Origin: Bugula neritina
Taxonomy: Eukaryota; Animalia; Bryozoa
DNA: 64,000 nucleotides
Assembly: GCA_964035545.1 (NCBI GenBank)
Contig: OZ037767.1
Location: forward strand, 15,752,998 to 15,816,997
Direction: 5' to 3'
Position 1 is the stretch's first letter; each line of letters begins with the position of its first letter. The notes under the pieces are model-generated. The model was not told the origin of the DNA. It ran no database searches and saw only the letters and a program-made list of their open reading frames with translations. Below are positions 26,016 through 37,614 of this stretch, in pieces. A program made the translations under genes and the position numbers.

Positions 26016-27127
26016 CTAGTACTAGTAGCAGTACTAGTACTAGTTGTAGTACTAGTATCAGTGGTAGTAGTAATAGGACTGCGATCTTAGATGTAAGTCT
26101 AATGAAATACGAATAATAATAGTATAAGTATAACTTTTACATATTTAGTTTTACTATAAGTGTAAATATAATGAGTAATAGTAAAACTCAAAGTATATAC
26201 ATTAACTCAGTTTAGCATTAATGATAAAATATAATAATTTTAATAAAGTAATATGATCACCATTAGGATTATAATTAAAATTCTTAGTAACACTTTTATG
26301 ATACTCAGTTTAATTTATTAATATTAAACATTAGTTTGGCTACCACAAATAACTAATAAGTGCTACTATAGGTAACTGTAAAGATAAGTATAAATTTAAC
26401 TATAACATACTTACATAGACTATCAGCAATAATAATATATCAGATTGATATTAAACTATATATGGATAATGCAAATCATAGATCATACCTCATGATAATT
26501 ATTCCTAATGATCTTACTTTTTATATGCTGATGCTAATAAGTAGTACTTTTAAATTTGATAACTCATGAATGATGAATAAGATAACAAGAATAATACTGG
26601 ACCTAGTAATACTATTAGTCCTACTACTAGAATTTTTCTATCTTATATTTGTAATACGCTTCTTTTAGTAATACTGCTGGTCAAAGTTAGTGTTAATCAT
26701 ATTTATAGTTAAATGTTGAAGGAATAAATTAGTTCATAACATAAACATTTCACTATGTGAATATGAAATTTAATATGAATATCCCAATTACACTTGCTGT
26801 TGCTCTTTAGAGACTAGAGTTATAACTTATAACTATGATATAATAATGAATACCATTATTTTAACTAATCATATTACTCAGCTAATGTTAATGATAACTG
26901 TAAGTCTAAAAACCATTACGGTTATAGGTATCACTGACTAATATTAATAATAATATAATCATTCGTTTTATACTTGTACCTATATTTATATTTATACTTA
27001 TACCTATTTTTATACTTATGATCATATCTATACTTTCACGTATGCTTGTACATTTTACTCATAGTATCAGGGTGGCAATCGAAAAGTCATAATCGATATG
27101 CTAATCTAATAATAGAACCAACTGCAC
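22812..27127. repeat. Segment B: degenerate tri/hexanucleotide microsatellite field (TAA/TAG/TAC/ATC-rich), including a (TAG)n tract at ~25915-26075
   Basis: Runs such as tactattactat, ataatcataatg and tcagacttactcggactcactctgtctct. An internal ~65 bp direct repeat lies at 24391/24711. Copies occur at 37615-40404 (partial) and 54690-58974 (inverted). Confidence 0.85.
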
Positions 27128-30090
27128 TATTATTATTATTATTATTGTTGATTGACCGTAGTTTTTTAGCTGGTGTAACCTTTTACCATTGGCCTAGTTA
27201 TAGTAGGCTGAAATGGCTAGAACTTTCCTCAGGATGTGAGCTTATCCTGATCCTAATAAGAGTGTCTGCTGAATTAATGAGCATTTGTTTTCAGCTACTC
27301 CAAGTAGTGTCAGCCAGTCTACAATCTTGTATAAAGCTCCAAAGGCTCCAGTTACAACGGGATGACTTTTTTGATGTTTTCCAAAGGCGGGTTTATTCTA
27401 GTGCTAAATTCTGATATTTTCCTAACTTTTCGAATTTTTTCCTTTTACTCTGTAGTTAACAGGGACTGTGATATCAATTATCGTTGTTTCAGCATTATGC
27501 TTGTCAACTACTAATATATCGGGTCTCCTAACTTTGATGACTACGTCAGTGTGTATGTTAAAATCTTACAAGGTTTTCACATTATCATTTTCCAGTACTT
27601 ATTCTGCTTGATGGCCGTACCAATTCTTACTTTTCTGAAACCCACGAAGTTCACACAACTACTATTGAAATTATCAATGCCAAAAGGTTGTGTTTTTTCT
27701 TATATTCTCCTTCTGCTACCTTCTCAAACTCACTCAATACGTGCATCGAAGTTTTGTCTCTTGCGTTACACATTCCACACTTCTTGCTACCCTGTTCTCT
27801 CATCATAGCCACTTTATAATTTCTAGTAGTGAATAGTTGATTTTGCGCAGCTGTCAGCAGTCCTTCTGTTTCCTTTTTCAATAAACCATACTTCAACCAG
27901 TTCCAGGAAAATGCTTTCATGTCTTCCACCATTTTGATGTATTGACCACGTGAAGCTTTTCTTTACACTCATCAGTTCTTTCTATCACGTTATCATTATT
28001 TAGTTCTACCGCTGTTCTGTCTTTTAGGAAGGTATTCAGTGTGGTGTTTCTATCAGTCTATGTTATATTTATGTAGTCTGACATGCTGCAGTTTTCAATC
28101 TTTATGCATTTTTCAGTTGACAACATTCTTCTACCGCCTTCCCTTCTGCTAAAATACAGCCTGCCTACATCTGCTCTCGGATAGGGTGCACGGTTTGTTG
28201 TCATTAGCTTCCTTGTCTTTCAGTCTATATTTTTTAGCTCATGAAACAGTTCAGTCAAGTATTCTAGCTGTGTAATGCACTGCTGTTACTGCCCATGTGT
28301 TTATTGCTTTGATTGTGTTCTCACCATTCAGTTTTGAATCCAGAACTTTTCTTATTTGTTTGTAGTACTCCTTGATCTTATTTTTCATTTCATATATTTG
28401 TATTCCATCAATTTCAAGAACTTCTAGATATTTATACGGCTTCTCACCCAGATCTTTGATTACCTGTTCATCAGGCAAACTGATTCCTGTCTCCTTAATT
28501 TTCTTTCCCTTTCTCATAACCAGTGTGGCACATTTTTTAATCCAAATTTCATTTCTATATTCCTTGTGAAGATCCCGGCAGTGTTTACCAAAGCTTCCAG
28601 TTCCCACTTTGATTTCCTATTTACCTTCAGGTCATCCACATATAGGAGATGGTTTGTTTTCTGTCTCGTCAAAATTTGCATCATTGAGCCGCTTCTGTCA
28701 TGCGAATCGGTAGTTGGAGAAAAGGGATAGAGATAAAGAGTCTCCTTGGAAAATTCTTAGTTTGATCTTTATTTCTCCTATCTTTTCTTCCAGGTATTTC
28801 AGTTGTGTTTTCCAGGTTTCATGCTTTTTCTTATCAACCTTATGACATTAATTGCTATTCCAGTTGTTTGCATCGTTTCTAAGATCTAATTTCCTTGTCT
28901 TTACATATGCTCCAATTTGTTGCTAACTCTATTTAGTCATTCTGCATTGGTATTATTTTTAGTTGGCTGACCCCATATATTTTATCAGAACGCTTGATTT
29001 CCTTGTCAGGTGCCTCTTTAGATGTACATTCATTTCCTCGTAATTCTTGATAAAAGCGCTTATCATTGTAAACATTGTGTTCTGATTATATTGATCAACT
29101 CATTCTGTATATCTGTTTATCTTCTGGCTTACAGCTCTCAGGTTTTGCTTCAGTTTTTCAATCACTACACTACACTCTTTGTTCTTTATCCTATATTTTT
29201 CTTCAACCATTCTTCTCAATAAATCATTGTAAGCTCTACTTTTTCACTCTGCTATTTTACTTAAGTCTGATCTAATTTCTTTTTATTTCTTCTGCAGTCG
29301 TATTTTCCATACTTGTACATTGTGAGTTTTTCTTTTTCCTTTTTGTTACACACTTGTTCTGTTACTATTTTTCGCACAAGCCATGGTGGTGTTATTAAGT
29401 TCTATGGTATTAATAATCTCAACACAGTTTAGCACATCATTAATCTGTTTTACTGCCTGTAGTAATTTGACCCTCTCAATGTGCCTAAAGGCTCTTAGAG
29501 TTGGTCGATCATTAGATAGTTTGTTATGCTCATTTATAATTTTTCTACTAACACTTTTTCTACCTCTGAACTAGGTACTCTTAAAATTCTCATGGCTGAT
29601 TTATATGCTATCTCATGTTGTACTATAACATCCTCTATTTGCAAATTCAGCTCTTCATCATCTTCTTCACCAATTGATGTGCCTAGTTCTTGCAAGGTTC
29701 CTTCTTCAATCTTATGGAGTTCTTCTTCCATAAAATGCTTGTGTTTCTTCATAGTTCTTGCTTAATCCGCTAGTCTCTATTCGCTGATGTTAAACTCTCC
29801 TCTGTTTTCCAGCGTTTGCACATTCTTTTTAAATAATTCTTTGATCCGGGTCTACAGAGCTCATACATTGTTTTTCTATAACCTCTCAATTTGGGTGTAC
29901 TTTTGAAGCAGCATTTCATGACAACTTTGTTGTCTTCTCTTGAGTATCTTCTTTTAGTTGTGCCATTAACAGGTTGACGGCCGTAGGTTGCCTGGCCCTC
30001 CACATACCCACTGCCAGACGAGACATGCCATGTTTAGTTAGACATACCATTAACGTCGTTGGCTTTATTAGTTCTATTTTAATGGATCAT
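27128..30090 (-). mobile_element. Decayed R4/Dong-clade non-LTR retrotransposon (RT + restriction-like endonuclease), left-arm copy
   Basis: N-terminal RRYSREDNKVVMKC..PKLRGYRK; RT motifs IFQGDSLS, NHLLYVDDLK, YKYLEV and NTIKAINTWAV; KKETEGLLTAAQNQ; zinc knuckle CGMC..TSMHVLSE; REL motif RPDILVVDK..IIDITVP; (TAA)n tail. Many stops and frameshifts. Confidence 0.88.
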
Positions 30091-31038
30091 ATTATTATTT
30101 TTACTTATTATTATTATCACTATCAGTAGCAAATAAATAATTTTATATTTGTTATTAGTTACTACTTATAGAAATTGAGTGCCACAGCTTGAGGGTTATA
30201 AAGTCAGTCTTAGTCAATGTATTGGGGATGCTGATACTGACATTTGGCTTTGAGCTCATAGTTAAATTGCTAACAACTATACCTAAGGATAACAGGAGTA
30301 TTAAAATGTTAATTTATAAGGATTATAACCTTAGAGTGGAGATATTATTCTCAATTTATTTAGTTTTTACTTTACTAACTTTTATTTTATTCATCAACCT
30401 TACTGTCTATTTAAATAGCAAACTAAAGAATAATTATGAAGGCCTTTGAATTGAAGTACTTTTCTCTAGCTGATTAGATTTCAAGTATTAAAATAACATA
30501 CTAAGACAGAATACCATTATATGAGCTAGATTAATAAAGTAAAGAAGATTTCTTTGTTAATCAAAATATAGGTGTCACATATGCCTATTTTTAAGATTAT
30601 GTTCTTATATGTGCTGTCTTTTTAATATTTTTAAAGTGCTACATTTTGAGGGTAGCCTACATCAATATGACTGCCCTGTAATTGCTTGTCAACTATAAGA
30701 GTTAGACTTATAAACTGTCTCATTTTCAAATTATCTTTACTTTTCTAATTGATGTTAACATGACTATTCCTATTAGTATTTTGGTGTTTACCATTAGTAA
30801 TGTTTGAAGTAACATCAATATCATTGTTAATTTGTCTAATTATTCAAATTTTAATATTCATCATTTGTGAACAGTAATAGAATTTTGTCTTTCTTAAATT
30901 AATGTGATGCTAGATTAGCTACTCTAGCAAGTGTGTATTGTGCAATGAGTACTAATGCCATATTTTTGCACTTCTTGTTCTATATAATTTAGATTTAAGG
31001 TAACAATTCCTAAAGCTATCACATAATGCTGCTATCAG

Positions 31039-33070
31039 TTATAAAGATGTCACTGATCCAAACATTGAAAACCAGCTGAGTGCATGCAAGGTTGAAAACT
31101 TATTTTCTCTGGTTAGGTAAGTAGAAAGGTATTTGCTGTAATTTACAACTATTTTGTTTTCAACATCCTTGATGTTCATCTCTAAAAGATAAGTAGCACA
31201 TAATGGTACCTGTTTTACTTAGCAGAAGAAATTATTGTCAAAGCTCTATTACTACATTTTAAATTGTATGACACTCTTTTGACTACATTTGATTTCATAT
31301 CTCAAATAATTATATTTCTGACTCATGAAACTGTAACCACACACTTGAGAACAAAATAAATAATGATATGGAAGCTTTCTTTAACTTTGTCAATTTAGTC
31401 AACAGCCAATGACTGAAAACATGTTTTGTACACTATTGATTGCCTCTCTATTTCCGCTATAAGGCAGAAATTTTAATCTCAAAATTTAAGACACTGGCAA
31501 TTCTTCCCAATAATATGTTGTTCAAAACGAATATTTTTTGCCAAGTAATATAGTATTTAATTATATTTTTTAGTCAAAGAAATTTGTTTGGTTTCTTGTG
31601 TCATCTTGAATAGGTTGTTATTCATTATCTTTTTCTTCGTGTTATGGCTATGAGTGTATATAACCTTTGCTGACAGGTTTTTCCCCCATCACTATATGTT
31701 TCTCTGTTTACTCTCTAACAGTTTTATTTTCGTTCATTTTTTAGAGTTTACTAAAATGACATGGGTGTGCTTTGTTGTGGCTCCTAATTGAGCGCATCCG
31801 TTGAGATTATTGGAAGATTTGTTGAAACTGAGCTGAGGCCTCTTACTCCTAAAGGCAAGAATTTGAGTCATCTTAGCTACTTGTAGCATATCAACATCGA
31901 ACAGCACCATTCCACTACTCTAAGCTTAAGGTTTTGGCTGCATTAGATCAACAGGTAAGTTTAATAGTTTGTATTTCGTACACTATTTCATGATGTCTGT
32001 TCAGCATTTACTTGGTAGCACACATTTATAAATTTTGCATTCTTTTAGTTTTTTGCAGTACAACTTTTCTACGCAACTATTACACTGTTGTTGCTGTTAA
32101 TTGTAGTTTATTCTGCTTGACCATGCAATTATTGAATTATGTTGCAAAGGTGATTGAGTCCTTTTATTTAATTTAGTACACACTGGAAATCTGCAGTTTT
32201 TAGCCATTTTTACATTTTAGCTGCTAATGAACAATGCTTTTTGCTTAAAATTAGTGAGACATCAAGAAATACACCTAAATAATCAAGGTTCTTCTTAATT
32301 TTGCATGATTTCTCATGTTTTTTCCTATTTATTCATTTCATTTGGATTGCCTACTGTTACAAACTAACCGTGGCGATCCCCAGTCAGAAGTTGCTGTAAT
32401 TAGAAAAAAAGCATAGGAAATCAAAGAAAATTAAAAAGAGCCTTGATTATTTAGGTGTATTTATTGATATTTTTTTAATTTCGGGCCAAAACTCATGTTC
32501 ATTAGCAAAAACTTGAGATCTTCAGTATGTACTAACTTAAATAAAATGAACCAATTGCAGTAAATTTCTGCATTTTCTAATACTTCTTAAATTTATACCT
32601 AAAATAGTGCTGTCTTAAGAAAATGACACTAGCTGCTGTTTTCATGTATGTGCCCCAATTGTATATAATGCTGTTGATTTGTTTAGTGCTTTTTCTATTC
32701 GTTTGTTATATAACTTTTCTTTTATGGTTGTTGCCAGCACCTAAAGCATTATTCATTAGTGTCAATTAATTTCTACTCACAGTTTTACTGTTACATAGTT
32801 TATAAAGCCCTTGTGTCAACTTTTCTAGATATCCTGGTTAAAATTGTTCTACTTGATGAATGGCATAGGGCATATGCAATAGCAAAACAGTTGCAGGCTG
32901 TTTTGGAAAAAACAATTGTGCATATAACCTTTATTTTATACATGTTATTTAGGCTTTGGTAGAACTGTTGGAGAGCCTTCCTCTTGAATAAAGCTACTCA
33001 ACTTCCCGGATTCTACTTTATTGACATTAACCCACTACCTACAAAACGCCTTGAAATTTAGCTAATAAAT
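31039..33070 (+). pseudogene. Putative decayed spliced gene; exon-like blocks at 31039-31116, 31745-31954 and 32953-~33070, mirrored at ~44955-46985 (-)
   Basis: GC-richer blocks bounded by YAG and GTAAGT. Blocks 2-3 read RQEFESS*LLVAYQHRTAPFHYSKLKVLAALDQQ/ALVELLESLPLE*. No family recognised. Confidence 0.4.
32162..32546. mobile_element. Foldback MITE (~385 bp) with long imperfect inverted arms; mirror copy at ~45476-45860
   Basis: Matching inverted pairs are ttttatttaatttagtaca / tgtactaacttaaataaaa, aaatacacctaaataatcaagg / ccttgattatttaggtgtattt and gctaatgaaca / tgttcattagc. Confidence 0.75.
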
Positions 33071-36000
33071 TATGTATTTTGTGATTTTTTTTAAATGTAC
33101 AATGTTATGTATAAATTACAATCAGTTTATATATATATACATATCTTTTACTACTTAGTATTACAGTGTAAAAAGCATTTCAGGGTTAACAATTTAATTA
33201 ATTGGCCCTAACAGTAATTATGTATAATACAGATTTGCAGATGCTTTAAATGAACCCAAAAAGCTGATGTTGTTAAACAGTGTACAAAATAGTCACCTCA
33301 TATCAGCCAGACATGCTTAGTCATTACCTAGCATTAAAATCATATTATGAATGCAGTCAAGTTTTGATATGCATCCCTATTATTGATAGTTTGTGAACCA
33401 GCAATTAAATATCAAGAAGCAATATTACTAACCAATGTGCTGGTTAAAGAGTTTCAAGTTGTAGTTATAGTATCAAACTATTATAATGGCATAAAAACTA
33501 TCAGTTAAAACATCTTATTAATATTTACTACAGGAATACATATTATAGGTGTGCTAAAAATCTGGTAGAAGCATCAATTATTTTAGATGTTTTGGATTTA
33601 GTATCTCTGTACTATAATGTAATATACAGAACATCAGGTGCTGTCTCCACAGTGCATTGATGGCACTAATGAATATTAATACATGCAGGCAGTGTTGGTA
33701 ATGATTTATTGAAATAGGAGTTTAAAAACTGTTTAAACAACAATGAAAAGCCTGAGATTAGTCCAAGGAGAGGGGTATTTCAAGCTAGCAGATGAGCAAT
33801 ATAGATGCGAAAGTCTTGCCTAAAAATCATTATTGTTATATCTAGTCATTAATTTCTTGCAATAGATCTATTTCACTATTGAGAAGAACAAAATTAGCTA
33901 GTAAACACTGTAATAGAGTCAAGGCACTTTGGCAGTGCTAGTTTAAAATAAACCTGGGATAGTCGAATAGCAGAAGTACTTTTTGATGCATAATATAATT
34001 ATGTACAGCTTAAGATTTTGCAATACTGTGTTTTCAGTGCGATATTAATTTCAATAGCTACATTAAAATAATGTACAATTCTAGCAAGTGATGCAAAATC
34101 TTCTAAGATGCTATGACTGTAGCAGTTTGCTACTAATCTCAAGTAACAAACCAAATAGCCTTTCTTTGTGCCATCATCCAAATGCCAAACAAATAACTCA
34201 TTCACTCTGTAACAACAAGGTGGTCTCCCAAGTAGATTGTTAGACATTTCAGGCATTAATAACCAAAAGCTTTTCACTTTGGCATAATTGTATAGTTACC
34301 CAGCTAAATAAATAATGTATTCATGGTATTGTAATTCCAAGCCATGCATTTATCTGTGAATGCAGCTAAGTATTTAATACGGCCATATATTTATGTACTA
34401 TGTAGCAATGCCTAATGTAGCTGTCAAGCTTCTACTTATACTCATTTTACTGATGCTTTACTTCTGATTACATGATTACAAACATAGCAGTTCAAACAAA
34501 ATTATTTTAGATAGGAATAAATATAATGCTCCTAGCAAATGTTGTAAAACTATTTTCCAAAAACATATACTTTGCAAACAAACTTTTCAGAAAGTTATAA
34601 TGCATTTATCATATTATTGTTTCATTTAAAAGTTATAATGATAGAATATTATACTTAAAACACACTCAAATTTTTAGATTCTTGTAATATTGTTAAACAA
34701 GAGTTAACAGTAAGATTGGCTGTAGAGTAGAATGTTTAGCTGTTTGTACTGAAGCTAACAAGTAACTGGCATTAAAAAGAGATGTAGATAAAAAGTGACA
34801 GAATAACAACTGGCTTGTATATTGGTAGTGCAAAAAGCTGTATATAACAGTTCAAACAAATACCCATTAGAATAAATGGTAACCCAGTACTTAAAATGTG
34901 GTATGTCATAATACATATTTGTGGTGTATTGACTAGGCTAGATCAACACATAGCACTATATAATTGCTTTAGTATTTACAATTAGTTTGTGGTCTGGTGG
35001 GATTTGTTGATAGCCATTGTCTTTATTAACATAACAGTTTCATAAAATTAGCAGTTTTCCTTATTCACCTAGTTAATTTTTAAGATTTATGTACAATATT
35101 TACATATTAGGATATAAAAAATATCTTCAACCAGTGAATATCAAAATAATGATTAAAGACATATTTTACGTCATATTTTTGTGGCAATCTAAATAATAAG
35201 CTGGTCTAAATTGTACTTGTGCAAACAGAACCAGCTCATGAATATATGTTGTCTTTTTTTAACTTGACAGTTAATCTAATATGGATGTGTATTTTATACT
35301 TGCTTTTGTGTTTAAGGTGATAAAATTGCACTGGTAAGGTAAATAAACATTGCTTGTTTGGCATGCTTTTGCATGGCATTGCATATTATGCTAAACTAAT
35401 GGCCAGTTTTGCAGTAGCTTCACCATAACCTTCAAAAGAATGCAAATATCATCTAATTATTGTAAGCTTTTTAAGTTAATTTGTCTAGCTATAAACACAT
35501 GTAAAACTATTAGGCTATTCCAATTTCACGATATACATAGCTCTATAATTCTGAAAGACTGCTAGGTAAAGTGGAAATTAAACATGATCTATTCATTGCT
35601 AAAGTATTACAGCTATGAATAATATATATGTGATTACCTGAGTGATATCACAATCTTCACTTGCTGAGTTAGTTTAAATACAGGAAAAAAAAATTAATCT
35701 GGCGAAAGATTCTATATGAGAAGCTGTTTTTGTAATAATTTCTTGCTCTAGGGTGATTTAGAAGAATTGTTTTAATGCAAAACTTTTGCATACATGGGTT
35801 GAATAAAATCATTGAGAGTTTTATGAAGGTCTATTTGTGTATAGGTAGCCCTAATGCATGTCACAACTCAAGTTTTTAGATTTTATGTAATTTGTGGTAC
35901 AAAGTTGCAAATAAAAACCTTATTTTAATAATACTTAGACATATGCAAGCAATAAAGATAATGAAAAAAATGCTATAGTTGCTAATTAGCTAATATTACT

Positions 36001-37614
36001 TGCATATGATGCAAATATTTGTATGCATGCATGTTTAGTTTATTAGCATTGGTTAGATATAATTGAATATATAGATTTGATGTGGAAATTGAAGAAAATC
36101 AATATGTTGTGTTCTATATACAACAACAGTTTTTACATTGGTTTGTTAATTACTTCATAAATCATTTATTACTTCATGCAATATTTGTTCCTGCAATTTT
36201 GCAGAGTGGCAAAATGCATTTCAAAGACATATATTAAGTGATTTTAATTATACTAGAATTTTCAAACCAAGAATTTTTGGGGAGTTTTCTTCTTCCTAAG
36301 ACATATGTGGCAATTGAACACATAATAAGTTGTGGGCCACAACTCCTTTATACAACCTTGCAAGAAATTATGCAGCCATTTAAATAGAAAAGGAATTATT
36401 GAATTTATTTATTCAACATTATTAGTATTTTATAAATATTTGTTGCATTTAATTAATGAGCATAAAATTTGTTTTACAAATACTGTAATTAACAGCATGG
36501 TAAAAATATATTATATATACTGGTATATATTTTGTATTGTATTAGATTTAGGCTACATTGCTAATTAAAATGAGTTAATGGCTAAGTTTAAATATCTTCG
36601 ACTTATAGATTACATTTTCATGTGCTATAAAAATTTAACTCGTTTGTTACGACATTTCTCCATGCATAAAAGCAAAACTTACTGCAAGAAATCCTTAGCT
36701 AGAAAGATAAATAATAATTTACTTTAATTACATCAAAAGCTAATATCAGCAAGCATTCTATAAATAATGGGAATTTACCTAGTGTAATTTTTCTTAAACT
36801 AGCTAAGCTTGCTTGGTACTTTAATAAGTTTATTGGCATAGTGTATTATGTTATACTTATATATTTTCAAGACTTTAAGGAAAATGATGTTTTAGCTGCG
36901 TTATTCCTAATGCAAGCCTTATAAATTTACAATATATACTAAAATATTATATTTGTAATTAGAAAGAAAGCAAATTACTTTCATAACCTTATAATTATTG
37001 CATTCTGTTATTGTTAATGCTAGAATAACAAATTGAACACGGCATATGCTTCCCTAACCAGATGCTTTTAAACGGATTAAAAATAATTTGTCAATTTCTA
37101 ATTATGAGGAACAAACTCCTCGGTAGTTTCAACATTTGCGCATGATTTTATCAAGATAGGCTTGCTTTTGTGTCAACCTGTAGCCAGTGCAACTATACTT
37201 TATGTAACGAGTAAAACAGACTCATTTCAAAGTACACAGTCTAAAGGGTAGGAATTACTACAAAGAAAAGTGCTGGTTAAAAGTTAATTATAATTAGAAA
37301 TAAGGTGAAATATCAGTCAGAAATTAAAAAGTGTCAACTAAAAAGGTGTATTGTTATTTCTTTTTGGCTTAATAAAAATGTTTTTTGAGGAAGAAGTACG
37401 AGAAACATCTAGGAGGGGTTCATATCCACCACTGGCGACTACCTGTTTATTGATGAAGAACTATCCAATGATAGTACAGTATTATGGTCTTTTGCCTTAT
37501 AATTGGCTTCGATTTTTTTATGTCTAATTACGAGATACTAAACAGATGCAAAGTATGTTGTGCATAGGCAGTTTTTTTATGTCTCTAAACAACATTCTAG
37601 GAAAATATATACTG

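Larger units (their letters stand above)
17762..37614 (+). repeat. Left arm of giant inverted duplication (at least 19.85 kb; outer limit not determinable)
   Basis: Reverse complement of 40405-64000 along its length. Mirrored ORFs are 27651/53888, 29534/52059, 30189/51368, 32759/45072, 33999/43746 and 36332/41259. Confidence 0.97.

Noticed and set aside
25919-26116. Poly-Ser ORF
   Set aside because: It is a translation of a (TAG/AGT)n microsatellite
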